From Dehalococcoidia bacterium (GTDB lineage Bacteria; Chloroflexota; Dehalococcoidia; Bin125): DNA of 64,000 nt. Position numbers and translations under genes: made by a program. The notes under the pieces were generated by a model, which searched no databases, was not told the origin of the DNA, and saw only the letters and a program-made list of their open reading frames with translations. Each line of letters opens with the position of its first letter. Position 1 is the stretch's first letter. Below are positions 7,496 through 18,140 of this stretch, piece after piece. Where the stretch lies: NCBI GenBank assembly GCA_965232875.1, contig OZ247431.1, positions 2,744,376 through 2,808,375 on the forward strand. The letters are read 5' to 3'.

Positions 7496-9643
7496 ATGCC
7501 ACGTCTGCAGCTTTTGCGACGCGAGGGCTGGAAACGCTCCGTCTGCTGCTACTGCGGCGTCGGTTGCGGGGTCAAGGTGCAAACCAAAGATGGCGTCGTC
7601 TCGGCGGTCAGGGGCGACGAGGACCATCCCGTCAACCGGGGCAAACTTTGCGCCAAGGGTGCGCTGCTCTCGGACATCTTCGGTGAAGAGGGTCGCCTGC
7701 TCTATCCGCACGTGCGGGATGAGAAGGGCACGACCGAGCGGCGGACATCGTGGGACGAGGCGATCGAGCGAGCCAGCGGCGCCATTCGCCGGGCCGTTGA
7801 CGAGCACGGGCCGCATAGCGTCATGCTCTACGGCTCGGGACAGCTCGTGACCGAGGACTACTACCTGTTCGGCAAGCTGGCCAAGGGTTACATCGGTACC
7901 AACAACCAGGACACGAACTCGCGACTCTGCATGGCCTCGGCCGTGACCGCGTACAACCTCAGCTTCGGCGCCGACGCCCCGCCGGCCAGTTACAGCGACA
8001 TTGAACAGGCCAACACCATTCTGATCGTCGGGGCGAACATGGAGGCCTGTCATCCCATCCTGTTCGAGCGCATCCGCGCCCGCAAACGCGCCGCCCGGAA
8101 TCAAGTCAAGGTCATCGTCGTTGACCCGCGAGCAACGCGAACATCGGAGATCGCCGACATCCACCTGGCTCTACGTCCGGGCAGCGACGTGGCGCTGCTG
8201 CAATCGCTGCTCTTCGAGGTACGACTCTCGGGCGGCATCGATGAGCACTATCTGAGCCATCACACCAACGGCTGGGACGATGTGGCGGCATCGCTGAGCG
8301 GCTGGTCGGCTGAGCGTGCGGTCGAGGAGACCGGTCTTGACGCGGTCGACATTCTTGAAGCGGCGCGGGTCATCGCCCACAACGGACCGATGCTCACGTT
8401 CTGGACGATGGGCGCCAACCAATCGACATCCGGCGTCGACAAGAACTTCGCCCTGATCAATCTGTCGCTCGCAACCGGCAACATCGGCAAGCCGGGCGCC
8501 GGCCCGTTCTCGCTGACCGGTCAACCGAACGCCATGGGCGGTCGCGAGCAGGGCGGTCTGGCGACGACGCTGCCTGGACACCGGCTCGTCGCCAATCCCG
8601 AGCATCGTGCCGAGATTGAGCGAGCTTGGGGAGTTGAGTCAGGCGCGATCTCCGAGAAACCGGGAGTGACCGCGATCGAGATGATCGAGCGACTGGAGCG
8701 CGGCGAGATCAAGGTTGTTTGGGTGGCTGCGACCAATCCCGTCGCGTCGCTGCCCAACAGCGAGCGCGTCCGCGCCGCCTTCGAGCAGGCAGAAACCGTG
8801 ATCGTTCAGGACGCCTATCACCCGACTGAGACATCGCAGCTAGCCGACATCCTCCTACCGGCAGCGCAATGGTCGGAGCGGGACGGCACGATGACCAACT
8901 CGGAGCGCCGCATCTGCCTGCTCGAGCAGGTCTCGGAACCGCCCGGAGAAGCGCTGGCCGACTGGCGAATCATCGTCAAGATGGCCCAGGCGCTGGGTCA
9001 CGGCGACGGCTTTCGCTATGACAGCATCGAGGAGATCTTCTACGAGTACCGCGAGCTCTCGCGCGGACGCGACATGGACATCACGGGACTCTCCTATCCG
9101 TTGCTGGCGCAACATCGAGCGGGTGTGCAATGGCCTTATCCCGTTGCGTTGCGGTCGGGTCCGCCTGAAGACAATCGACGTCTGTTCGAGGATGGTCAGT
9201 TCCACACGCCCGATGGTCGGGCGCAAATGCATGTCCCGGCCTGGACGCCGCCGGCGGAGTCGCTGGACGACGAGTACCCACTGGCCCTGATTACGGGGCG
9301 AGTCAAGGATCAGTGGCACACGATGACCCGCACCGGTCGCTCGGCCAAGTTGATGAAGTCGGAGCGCGAGCCGTTTCTCGAGATCAATCCTGCCGACGCC
9401 ACCGGACTAGAGGTTCGGGATCGCCAACCGGTTCGGGTCACCTCAAGACGCGGCAGCTTCGAAGCGCCGGCCAGGGTGACCGATGCGATCCGAGTCGGCT
9501 CGGTGTTCGCACCATTCCACTGGGGATCCCTCTGGACCAGCAATGGAGTCTCCAACGCCTCTGCCAGCGAAGCCGTCGATCCACGCTCGAAGCAGCCGGA
9601 GTTGAAGTTTGCGGCGGTCCGGGTTGAGCCGGTCGTCGCGTAG
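7496..9643 (+). CDS. narB: assimilatory nitrate reductase catalytic subunit (molybdopterin oxidoreductase)
   Basis: N-terminal 4Fe-4S motif CCYCGVGCG followed by a KLCAKG box. 715 aa with a C-terminal molybdopterin-dinucleotide-binding domain. Translationally coupled to nirA (8-bp gap). Confidence 0.85.
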   Translation: MPRLQLLRREGWKRSVCCYCGVGCGVKVQTKDGVVSAVRGDEDHPVNRGKLCAKGALLSDIFGEEGRLLYPHVRDEKGTTERRTSWDEAIERASGAIRRAVDEHGPHSVMLYGSGQLVTEDYYLFGKLAKGYIGTNNQDTNSRLCMASAVTAYNLSFGADAPPASYSDIEQANTILIVGANMEACHPILFERIRARKRAARNQVKVIVVDPRATRTSEIADIHLALRPGSDVALLQSLLFEVRLSGGIDEHYLSHHTNGWDDVAASLSGWSAERAVEETGLDAVDILEAARVIAHNGPMLTFWTMGANQSTSGVDKNFALINLSLATGNIGKPGAGPFSLTGQPNAMGGREQGGLATTLPGHRLVANPEHRAEIERAWGVESGAISEKPGVTAIEMIERLERGEIKVVWVAATNPVASLPNSERVRAAFEQAETVIVQDAYHPTETSQLADILLPAAQWSERDGTMTNSERRICLLEQVSEPPGEALADWRIIVKMAQALGHGDGFRYDSIEEIFYEYRELSRGRDMDITGLSYPLLAQHRAGVQWPYPVALRSGPPEDNRRLFEDGQFHTPDGRAQMHVPAWTPPAESLDDEYPLALITGRVKDQWHTMTRTGRSAKLMKSEREPFLEINPADATGLEVRDRQPVRVTSRRGSFEAPARVTDAIRVGSVFAPFHWGSLWTSNGVSNASASEAVDPRSKQPELKFAAVRVEPVVA

Positions 9644-9659
9644 TCCGACACCCCCATTC

Positions 9660-9960
9660 ACGATTTCCTCGCTTCCCCCTGTGCGGGGGAAGCTGTCCCG
9701 TAGGGACTGAAGTGGGGCGTTGCGTAGCCAACGAAGGTTCAGCTTGCTGCGCCCCCCCCCCCTCTGCCTTCGGCATCTCCCCCCGCAAGGGGGGGAGAGG
9801 GGATTTGGTGGTTATGCATCTCCTCCGCAGAGGGGCTAGTAGGGAACCCAGCCCGTCGGGACATGCATCTCCGACGTAGCTGGAGATACACGACACCAAA
9901 CGGCAATCTTCGGTTCACCGGTGCGAAACATGCTGCAACCGACGTGTAACCGCGCCTCCA
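9660..9960. repeat. hairpin-rich intergenic block
   Basis: GCTTCCCCCTGTGCGGGGGAAGC (about 9671-9693), a C11 homopolymer (about 9752-9762), and R1-family palindrome TCTCCCCCCGCAAGGGGGGGAGA (about 9776-9798) read directly. R1 cores recur at about 27223-27252, 27350-27378, 30030-30053 and 31723-31760. Confidence 0.75.
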
Positions 9961-10011
9961 TAGCGTTCATCCCAGTGACAAGCCGACGCGTGCAGCTATT
10001 GGAGGTGCCCC

Positions 10012-11358
10012 TTGAACCAGAATGAACTGACCGGCAAAGCAACGTCGATCAATCTCAAGAGCTTTGCCGGTCCACACATGCGGACGTTTCACCTGACCTG
10101 GCTGGCGTTTTTTCTCTGTTTCTTTGGCTGGTTTGGGATCGCCCCGCTGCTCGGCGAGGTGCGTGAGGACCTGGACCTGACCAATTCCCAGGTCTTCACC
10201 TCGCTGATCGCATCGGTCTTCATCACGATCTTCGCACGCGTCGCGATCGGCTGGGTGCTCGACCGGATCGGGCCGCGACGCACGTACACCGGACTGCTGA
10301 TTCTCGGCTCGTTCCCGGTGATGCTGATTGGACTGTCCCAGAACTTCGAAACGTTCGTCATGTTCCGCCTGCTGATTGGCGTGATCGGCGCGTCGTTTGT
10401 GATCACGCAGTACCACACGTCGGTGATGTTTGCGCCCAACGTGGTCGGCACCGCCAACGCGACGACCGCCGGCTGGGGCAACCTCGGCGGCGGCGTGACC
10501 CAGCTCCTGATGCCACTCGTGATGACCGGCGTGCTGTTCTTCGTCGCCAACGAGGAGCTTGGCTGGCGGGTCGCGATGGTGATTCCTGGCGTCGCGCTGT
10601 TCCTGATGGGCATCGTCTACTACAAGTTCACTCAAGACGCACCGGAGGGCGACTTCGCCGAGCTCCGCGCTCAGGGTAAGGTGACCAAACACACCGAATC
10701 TGGCGCGTTTGCAAACGCCGCGCGCGACCCTCGAGTCTGGTTGCTGTTTGTGATTTACGGCGCCTGCTTCGGGATCGAGCTCACGATCAACGGCATGGCC
10801 TCGCTCTACTTCCAGGACCGCTTCGGACTGGACATCGTGCTCGCTGGCGTGATTGCGTCGCTCTTTGGCCTGATGAACATCTTCGCTCGCACGACCGGCG
10901 GCATGTTCTCCGACAGGTTCGGCATCCGCGCCGGACTGCGCGGGCGCACGCTGCTCCTGGGCGGCTTGCTCCTGCTGGAGGGCCTGGCGCTGATCGCCTT
11001 CTCGCGGATGGAGGTGCTGATTCTCGCCATCCCGATGTTGATCGTGTTCAGTATCTTCGTGCAGATGTCCGAGGGCGCGACCTTCGGCGTCGTCCCCTTC
11101 GTCAACAAGAAGGCGCTGGGCGCGGTGGCAGGGATCGTCGGCGCTGGCGGTAACGCCGGAGCGGTCGCTGCCGGATTCCTGCTCCGAGCGGAAGGCGTGG
11201 CCGTGGAAGACGCCTTGCTCTACTTCGGCGTCATCGTCGTCTGCATCGCACCGCTAGCCCTCTTCGTGCGCTTCCCCAAGCGGGTCGAGGCTATCGAGCG
11301 GCGCCGCATCCGGGAAGCACTGGAAACACCGACGGCGCCCGCCAGCGTGCTCGACTGA
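10012..11358 (+). CDS. narK: nitrate/nitrite transporter, MFS NNP family (NarK/NrtP)
   Basis: 448 aa with 12 predicted TM helices. N-terminus FHLTWLAFFLCFFGWFGIAPLL and Gly-rich NNP signature segments. Clusters with nirA and narB. Confidence 0.85.
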   Translation: MNQNELTGKATSINLKSFAGPHMRTFHLTWLAFFLCFFGWFGIAPLLGEVREDLDLTNSQVFTSLIASVFITIFARVAIGWVLDRIGPRRTYTGLLILGSFPVMLIGLSQNFETFVMFRLLIGVIGASFVITQYHTSVMFAPNVVGTANATTAGWGNLGGGVTQLLMPLVMTGVLFFVANEELGWRVAMVIPGVALFLMGIVYYKFTQDAPEGDFAELRAQGKVTKHTESGAFANAARDPRVWLLFVIYGACFGIELTINGMASLYFQDRFGLDIVLAGVIASLFGLMNIFARTTGGMFSDRFGIRAGLRGRTLLLGGLLLLEGLALIAFSRMEVLILAIPMLIVFSIFVQMSEGATFGVVPFVNKKALGAVAGIVGAGGNAGAVAAGFLLRAEGVAVEDALLYFGVIVVCIAPLALFVRFPKRVEAIERRRIREALETPTAPASVLD

Positions 11359-11372
11359 GGTCGAACGTCCCA

Positions 11373-11393
11373 GTCCCCGCTTTACGCGGGGAC
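11373..11393 (+). terminator. GC-rich hairpin GTCCCCGC-ttta-GCGGGGAC after narK, followed by a pyrimidine-rich tract
   Basis: Read directly, 15 bp after the narK stop. The T-tract is weak (CTGCTCCTTCTCC). Confidence 0.4.
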
Positions 11394-11485
11394 CTGCTCC
11401 TTCTCCGCAAGGGACTACACCACCAGGTCGCACGTGTCGCCCGAGCAGGTCCCCGCGCAAAGGAGACCCTTGCAAAACTACGCTT

Positions 11486-11587
11486 TCCGTCATTGCCGCG
11501 CTCCGACGCGGCAATCTCGCAGCATTCAGCACAGACGTCTGTGCACGAATCAGCGAGATACCCGCGACAAGCGCGGGTATGACGGAG
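11486..11587. repeat. R2 two-hairpin repeat copy
   Basis: See 3672-3772; over 90% identity read directly. Confidence 0.8.
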
Positions 11588-11630
11588 TTGTTAGCGCGTG
11601 CTTGATTCATATCTGCCAGCGCTGGCGGAA

Positions 11631-14600
11631 TCAGTGTTCGCTCTTGAGCAGACTCCGCACCTCACCAAGCGCCCCACGCAGGTCTGAAATCTCTCGTGCC
11701 ACCTGTGGATGCAGGAAGAGCAGCACACAGCGCTCGACAGTTCGCTGCAGCGATTCCTCCAACATCAACGCGTAGGAGGCGGCCTGCAATCGGTAGCGGC
11801 TAACGGCCGCGTCGAGCGCTTCCCCTTCTCGTAGGGCGTCGGTTTTGTAGTCGACGACCACGAGATTGCCGTTGGGCAACTCGTAGAGCAAATCGACAAA
11901 CCCATCGAGCAGCACACCGTCAATCTCCACGGCTGCGTAGAGCTCGCGCCAGTATCGATCCTCACTTACTGCTTCACGCACCGTGTCGCTGCTTGCTGCC
12001 CAGACCGTGAGCCGCTCCACCTCTGCGGATGCTTGAGTGCCGAGTGATTCCGCCGCAGCCTGCGCTCTCGCGGCGTTCCTGATCTCGTTGTCATCGGGAT
12101 GCTTCAGGTCCACCACCTGCAGCGCACCATGCGTCGCACGACCGATCGCCGTACCGGCCCGGCCTCGGCGCCAGGGAGGCAGATCGTCGTCGGGCTCGAA
12201 GTTGCGGTCGGCGCCTCGCTCGGGCGGTTCCGACGCGTAGCCTGCGGCTCGCTTCGCCACGCCGGTGGCCGACTCTCGCGGCAAGGATGTCATCCGTTTG
12301 ATCAGTTCCTCGCGTCGCTCGATCCATGTCTCCCGGTCTGCGGAGGACCCGGACCCGTTGTCCGGCTCTGTGACACGCTCCACAATCGGTGGATTGGGAA
12401 TCTCCTTGGTCAGACGGCGATATGGCACGATCGCTGTTTCCAGGACTGCATCGATCAGTTTGCCATCGCTCTTGCCTGTGCCTCGATAGAGGCTCAGGAT
12501 CAGGTGATCTCTGGCCCGCGTCGCACCGACGTAGTTGCGCCGCACATACTCGTCTTCCTGCAGCTTCCGCTCACGTTCCCACAGATGCGCAAACCCCGGC
12601 GTTGCCAGACCCTTGCGGAACTGGATCTCCGGCCGGCCGCCGATGTCCCAGAGCAGGGTGGGCGCGTCGTTTCGCGGGGCGGAGTTGAGGCCGGTGAAGA
12701 CGACGATGGGAAACTCCAGCCCCTTCGCCGCGTGGATGGTCATGATCCGCACGGCGTCGTGATCTTCCTCGGGCACGACCGACTCGATCACGCGCGTGTC
12801 CGCCTCGGCTTGGTGTTGCGCCCAGGCGAGGAACTCGCTCAAGGTCGATCCGCCGCGATCGCAGAAGGCGCGGGCCTGATCGTGCAGGAATCGGTAGCGC
12901 GCCCAGTGTTCGCGCGGCTGACGCTCGATGACTGCCAATTCCATCAAGCGGCGGTCGCGAATCGTGTGACCGACCAACTCGCTGACGGTCATTTCCCAGC
13001 GTCGCGCAGCAGCGTCGCGCAGCCACGCCAGTGAATCGGCGACCGGATCGTCGGTCGGGATGGCGGCAGGCGCAGGTTGTCGATAATCCCACTGTCCTCG
13101 CGACTGCCTCCATCGATAGAGCGCGTCATCGGGACAGGCGAACGCCGGCGACTTGAGCGCCGCCACCAGCGCAATCTGGTCGGTCTGATCGTCAATCGCA
13201 CGAAGCAGGTTGAGCAGGTCGCGGATTTCACGCGTGTGATAGACCAGCGAACGGCTCTCAAGCCGATAGGGGATGTCGCGTTCCTCGAGCGCAGGCAGCA
13301 AGTGAGTCAGACCCGTCCGCGTGGGCACCAGGACCGCGATGTCGGCGAAGTGAGCGTCGCGACACCGGCCTTCACCCTTATCGAACACTTGCGTGTGTGA
13401 TGCCGTGACGTCTGCGATCATTCGCACCAGCGTGTCGGCTTCCGCTCTTCGGGTGGCGCTGATGGGTCCTTCATACTCCTCTCCGACGACGGTGACCGCG
13501 TGCTCCACACCTTCCATCGCCTCGCGATGAGCGTTGAGATCGTCCCATTCCGCCTGACCTTCACCGCCGTCCAGCATCAATGGCTGAAACACGGCATTGA
13601 CGAACTCCGTCACGCCTGGCGTGGAGCGGAAGTTCTGACTCAATCGGGTGAGTCCTTGGGCCTGTTGGCGCTTGACCTGGTTGAACTGCTGGATATCGGC
13701 GCGGCGGAAGCGATAGATGGATTGCTTCGGATCGCCGACGTAGAAGACTCGGCCGGCTTCGCCCTGCGCGATTGCGTCGATGATCCTGGTCTGTAGCGGA
13801 TCATTGTCCTGGAACTCGTCGATCAGCAGCCGCTTGAAGCGATCGCGTAGGGACGCTGCAACCGACTCGTCCTGCTCGAGCAACCCGCTGGCGCGGACCA
13901 GCAAGTCCTGGAACTCCAGGCGTCCTGCTCGCCGTCGCTCCTCCGAGTACTCGACCACAAACCGTCTGAGTTCGTTGTGGATCGGCACAAGCACCGGCTC
14001 GAGCGCCGCAGCGGTTAGTCGGGCAGGGATGTCCGCGAGCAGCCTGATCGCGTCCTTGATCTCCTTGACCCGCTCCGTACCACCCCAGTTCTTGCCTGAG
14101 CCTCCACGTCCGGGTCCCACTTTGAACTCAGACCCTGCAAGAAACTGGCGCAGCATCTCGCCGCTCGGATCGGCGTCGGCAGACTGACGGACTCGGTCAA
14201 GGACTTGTTCTATCTGTTCGAGGTTGACTGCGAGCTTGTCTTCCGATTCGCTGCACTCATGACGCAGGGCGGTGATTTCTCGCAACGGCGCCGAGATCTC
14301 GGCGACTGTCTGAGACAGCTTCGGAGGCGGCAGTTCAGCCGCATCAGCGGCAGCCCGATCCCAGTCCGTATGCAGTGCCTGGGCCAGGTCGCGCAGGTGC
14401 TTCAGCTCCAGACCGGCGTCGAATGCCGCCAGCAGCGGTTCGGCGAGATCGTCGTCCTCGAGTAGGAGGTCGAGCTCCTCCTCCCATCGCTCCGCAAACC
14501 TCAGCAGCGCATCCGATTCATCGACGATCTGAAATCCCGGCGGCAATCCTGCCTCGATCGGATACATCCTGAGGATGCGACCGGCGAAGGCGTGCAAGGT

Positions 14601-14906
14601 TTCAATCGCGGCATGATCGAGCTGCTCGGCCGCTTCCGCGAACAGGCGCTGCTGAACTGGATCGGTCTCTGCTTCGCGACGCTGATCCAGACGCTCCAGG
14701 ACTCGGTCGAACAGGTCGGCAGCGGCCTTCTCCGTGAACGTGATCGCCGCAATCTCGTTAGCCGCGATGGCGCCGCTTGCGATCAGGTTGACGATCCGTC
14801 CAACCAGCGCCTCGGTCTTGCCAGTGCCCGCACCTGCCTCGACGAACAACGTCTCGTCAAGATTGTTCGCAATGCGATCACGATCCTGCTGGTCGGCGAG
14901 CGTCAT
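11631..14906 (-). CDS. addA: ATP-dependent helicase/nuclease subunit A (UvrD-like helicase plus C-terminal nuclease)
   Basis: Helicase motif I AGAGTGKTEALV, UvrD/PcrA-like core, 1091 aa. Overlaps the upstream addB-like gene by 4 bp. Confidence 0.85.
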   Translation of the reverse strand: MTLADQQDRDRIANNLDETLFVEAGAGTGKTEALVGRIVNLIASGAIAANEIAAITFTEKAAADLFDRVLERLDQRREAETDPVQQRLFAEAAEQLDHAAIETLHAFAGRILRMYPIEAGLPPGFQIVDESDALLRFAERWEEELDLLLEDDDLAEPLLAAFDAGLELKHLRDLAQALHTDWDRAAADAAELPPPKLSQTVAEISAPLREITALRHECSESEDKLAVNLEQIEQVLDRVRQSADADPSGEMLRQFLAGSEFKVGPGRGGSGKNWGGTERVKEIKDAIRLLADIPARLTAAALEPVLVPIHNELRRFVVEYSEERRRAGRLEFQDLLVRASGLLEQDESVAASLRDRFKRLLIDEFQDNDPLQTRIIDAIAQGEAGRVFYVGDPKQSIYRFRRADIQQFNQVKRQQAQGLTRLSQNFRSTPGVTEFVNAVFQPLMLDGGEGQAEWDDLNAHREAMEGVEHAVTVVGEEYEGPISATRRAEADTLVRMIADVTASHTQVFDKGEGRCRDAHFADIAVLVPTRTGLTHLLPALEERDIPYRLESRSLVYHTREIRDLLNLLRAIDDQTDQIALVAALKSPAFACPDDALYRWRQSRGQWDYRQPAPAAIPTDDPVADSLAWLRDAAARRWEMTVSELVGHTIRDRRLMELAVIERQPREHWARYRFLHDQARAFCDRGGSTLSEFLAWAQHQAEADTRVIESVVPEEDHDAVRIMTIHAAKGLEFPIVVFTGLNSAPRNDAPTLLWDIGGRPEIQFRKGLATPGFAHLWERERKLQEDEYVRRNYVGATRARDHLILSLYRGTGKSDGKLIDAVLETAIVPYRRLTKEIPNPPIVERVTEPDNGSGSSADRETWIERREELIKRMTSLPRESATGVAKRAAGYASEPPERGADRNFEPDDDLPPWRRGRAGTAIGRATHGALQVVDLKHPDDNEIRNAARAQAAAESLGTQASAEVERLTVWAASSDTVREAVSEDRYWRELYAAVEIDGVLLDGFVDLLYELPNGNLVVVDYKTDALREGEALDAAVSRYRLQAASYALMLEESLQRTVERCVLLFLHPQVAREISDLRGALGEVRSLLKSEH

Positions 14907-17900
14907 GCCTCGGCGTCTGCTTCAGCTTCGTCCACGTCCTCGTTCTTGTCGGGACCTTCGCTGAGGCGCACATAATCGGTCAGACGCGGATCAAGCTTGA
15001 TCTGCTGCCAGTGCGTGCGGCGGTCGGCGGGACAGATTGCGTCGAAGCTGCAATAGGCGCAGTTCTCGGCCACTGCGCGGTAGTGATCGCCTCCCGGATT
15101 CGCCGGGAAGTGGCCTGCCCGTATGTTCTCGACGATCAGATTGATCGCGTCTCCAAAACTCTGAACGTTCTCCTCGTCCCAGTCCACAGGGCTGTACTTG
15201 AACTCACCCCGGCTTGTGATGTACCAGTAGGCCGATTGCACGGGCGACTCGTCATTCCGCGCGTACAACTGGCGAGCCGCATGAGCGTAGATCGGCAACT
15301 GCAGGAACCGGCCTCCGACGATGGCGTCCTTGTTCAATTCGCTGCCTCTGGGAAACTCGCCGCCGGTCTTGTAGTCGATCACGATCAGTTGCTGGCCCTC
15401 ATTCGATCTGTCGATCCGATCGATCATGCCGCGCAACTCAAGCGTGCTGCCATCGTTCAGCGTGAACGCGACCCGACCTTGGCTCTCCTCCAGTGCGCCA
15501 AAGACCAGTTCGCTGGCGATCTGCTCCGCCTTGAATCTCGCCCGATGCGTGTCGTCCTCGTCCAGCAACGTCTCCAGGTCGTCGAGGATCCGACGACTGT
15601 CACGCTGCCAAAGCAGATCGCGCCCGGTCACCCCTCGATCATGAGCCTGTTTCAACTCGGTTTCGGCGATGCCTTTGAGGCGTGTTCGAGCTTCGTCCGA
15701 CCAGCGCTGACCGGGCGCTGGTTGGTCATTGCCTTGCTTGAAAAAATGCTCAAGGATTCCGTGGATCAGCGAGCCCTTGTCGAGCGGCGTGATCTGTAGA
15801 TCATCGCGAGGTTCGTCGCGCTCTTCAATGCGCAACACGCGACCAAGGAAGTACCGATACGGGCAGGTCGCCCAGTCCTGTAGGGCTCCGGCAGAGTGCG
15901 GACGAGCAGTTGCTCCGGCTGCGCCATCGGCGATCAGTCCATCCCAGCGGGTCATCTGCCCTGTCCAACGTTCACGTCTCTGGATGAATCCCCGCTCCAA
16001 CGAGGGGTGTCCGTTGGTCAGATAGTGGGTGAAGACACTCTGGCTCGACCGAATCTGCCGTAGGTCATACTCGTGGATATCGGCAGACACTCCGGGACGC
16101 ATCACCGCCGATTCGAACGACGGCGTCGGCTGCAACACCTCACCGGCGGCCTCATCGACCTTTGATGCGTAGACCCGCTCGCCGGCGTTCAACGCCGTCG
16201 CCGATTCGAGTAGCCATCGGCCCGGCAACCTAGCCTGTTGAGCTCGGACATCGGCTCGCGGATAACTGAGCACTCGGTGTTCCGCGGCGTGCATGGCGAT
16301 CAGGTAATCGGACCGCTCGCGACGCAGATGGTCGCTGCCCACCGGCAGCGACGCCCGACGCCGCAGCTCATCGGGCAACAGCGGATCGTCGCTCCGTGTC
16401 TGGGGCAACGACCGCTCGGCCGCGCCGACGATATAGACCGCGTCCCACTCCATCCCGACGGCCGATCGCAGCGAACCCACGTAGACGCCGTCGCCGACCC
16501 GACCGTGGTGTCCGGTCGGCCGTTCGAGTCGCCGCCGCAGGGCGGAAACGAACCGATCGCGCGGAGCTTCTCCGAGTTCGTCGAGCCACTCGAGCGAGTC
16601 GAGCAGAGACTGGACATCATCCCAGCGCGCCAATTGCAGATCGTTCTCACCGGTCTCGGTTGACAACGCAAATCTGGTCCGGTCGCCAAGCAGCAAGCTC
16701 AGTTGCCGACGCAGTCGTTGCGCATAGTCGGACCAGAGCGCCCGCTCTGGGGTCTCGTCGATGAACTGGTTCAGTTGATTCGTGAACGCCATCAGGTCCT
16801 TGACCTGCTGGACCTCGGCCCGGACCCAGGGCAACCGACCGGGCTTGTCGTCGTCGGGCACTCGCGAGAGCCGCTGAAGATCGTCTTCACAGGTGGACAG
16901 ATACTGTCGCAGCCGCTCATCCCAACGATCGGATCCTCGATGCAGGTTGGCCCGGCGCGCCAACTGATTCCATCGAGCCGTGGGCGATGGTTCGCCCTTG
17001 GCATCCAGAATCGGCGCTGCGGCAAGCCAGGGCGCGACATCCACAAGCCAACTCATTGTCGACCCGGACATCAGCCCCAACAGCCCATCGAGCGTGCGGC
17101 CGGCGATCGATTGCTTCAGCGTTTGCGCATTGACGCCGTTCCAGGGAAGGCCTGCGGCATCGAGCTGCTCGGCGCAGATCCGGGCATACGGGTGTTCCTG
17201 TCGATAGAGAATCGCCGTGCGATGCAGCGGTGTCGGCGGAACCGAGTGCAGCGCCGAGACGATCGCACGGATCGCTGAGCGAACTTCCTCCTCGGAATCG
17301 GGCGACTGCACGATGTGTTGGGCAGTTGGAACCTGTTCCCTGTCTCGGTCACTTTGTGGGTCACTGGGCGGTTCATTGGGCGGGTCAGGGGGCTGGTCCC
17401 AACTCTGCAATGCGTGCTCGTCGACCGCCTCAGCGTCGCCGGTCAGCCCCAGGATGACCTCGATAGCAGCGTGCCCCGACAATGCGTCGAGAAACTCACG
17501 CTGCGCCGTTGTCAGGTCAGCAGGCAGATAGACGATGACCGAGCCAATGTCCTTGAGCACACTGGGCTGGGAGTCGAGCGCCATTCTTGCCGATTCAGCC
17601 AGGTCTTGGTTCGTGTAGAACTTCGCCGTGCGTCGCTGGTACTCGCGATATCTGTCGACCAGGTACGTGGCGTTTCTGCCACCGGCTGCTATAGCTGCCA
17701 GATCATCATTCTCGCAGCGATCAAACTCATCAAACGCCGACTCCAGCGTTTGCAGGACCGGTCCGTCGATAGGAACGTCACCAAAGATCGAACCCCCAGC
17801 CTCGGCCACATCACGAATCGCCTCTGAGCGATACGTCTCGGGCAGTGGACGGCGGCCGGCATTGGCCAGCGACGCCGCACCGATAAGCTCCAGCAAGGCC

Positions 17901-18112
17901 TGCAGCGGTTTGAACTGCACATTGACAATGCCGCCGCGCTGTCGGCCCAGCGTGCGTCTGATGTGATAGCCCGCCAAGGAGGACGGAACCACAATCGTGA
18001 CCGGCGCGAGCGGATCGTATGTGCCGCCGGCAGACTTGACCCGGCGCACCGCTTCCGACAGCGCCGTTTGCGCTGCGTTGCCATAGAGATGCGCCGACAC
18101 GTTCAGAGACAT
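14903..18112 (-). CDS. addB: helicase/nuclease subunit B with C-terminal PD-(D/E)XK nuclease and Fe-S cluster (AddB/AdnA-like)
   Basis: 1069 aa. C-terminal LIVIDYKTG (PD-D/ExK) and CAYCSFDAICP Cys cluster typical of the AddB iron-staple nuclease domain. Gene order addB-addA as in Bacillus. Confidence 0.8.
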   Translation of the reverse strand: MSLNVSAHLYGNAAQTALSEAVRRVKSAGGTYDPLAPVTIVVPSSLAGYHIRRTLGRQRGGIVNVQFKPLQALLELIGAASLANAGRRPLPETYRSEAIRDVAEAGGSIFGDVPIDGPVLQTLESAFDEFDRCENDDLAAIAAGGRNATYLVDRYREYQRRTAKFYTNQDLAESARMALDSQPSVLKDIGSVIVYLPADLTTAQREFLDALSGHAAIEVILGLTGDAEAVDEHALQSWDQPPDPPNEPPSDPQSDRDREQVPTAQHIVQSPDSEEEVRSAIRAIVSALHSVPPTPLHRTAILYRQEHPYARICAEQLDAAGLPWNGVNAQTLKQSIAGRTLDGLLGLMSGSTMSWLVDVAPWLAAAPILDAKGEPSPTARWNQLARRANLHRGSDRWDERLRQYLSTCEDDLQRLSRVPDDDKPGRLPWVRAEVQQVKDLMAFTNQLNQFIDETPERALWSDYAQRLRRQLSLLLGDRTRFALSTETGENDLQLARWDDVQSLLDSLEWLDELGEAPRDRFVSALRRRLERPTGHHGRVGDGVYVGSLRSAVGMEWDAVYIVGAAERSLPQTRSDDPLLPDELRRRASLPVGSDHLRRERSDYLIAMHAAEHRVLSYPRADVRAQQARLPGRWLLESATALNAGERVYASKVDEAAGEVLQPTPSFESAVMRPGVSADIHEYDLRQIRSSQSVFTHYLTNGHPSLERGFIQRRERWTGQMTRWDGLIADGAAGATARPHSAGALQDWATCPYRYFLGRVLRIEERDEPRDDLQITPLDKGSLIHGILEHFFKQGNDQPAPGQRWSDEARTRLKGIAETELKQAHDRGVTGRDLLWQRDSRRILDDLETLLDEDDTHRARFKAEQIASELVFGALEESQGRVAFTLNDGSTLELRGMIDRIDRSNEGQQLIVIDYKTGGEFPRGSELNKDAIVGGRFLQLPIYAHAARQLYARNDESPVQSAYWYITSRGEFKYSPVDWDEENVQSFGDAINLIVENIRAGHFPANPGGDHYRAVAENCAYCSFDAICPADRRTHWQQIKLDPRLTDYVRLSEGPDKNEDVDEAEADAEA

Positions 18113-18140
18113 GAGCGACCAATGTTCACTCAGTCGTTAG

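Noticed and set aside
7082-8164. 360-aa minus-strand ORF
   Set aside because: Antisense to narB. Arg-rich junk translation.
9752-9762. C11 homopolymer as a phase-variation switch
   Set aside because: It lies in the middle of a 370-bp intergenic hairpin block, not inside a reading frame or at a promoter spacer I could identify. Kept only as a note within the repeat feature.
12099-13113. 311-aa plus and 180-aa minus ORFs inside addA
   Set aside because: Overlap the addA coding frame. Compositionally biased. The addA frame carries the helicase motifs.
15011-17827. Several 100-260-aa ORFs overlapping addB on either strand
   Set aside because: Alternative-frame or antisense ORFs within the confidently assigned addB gene.
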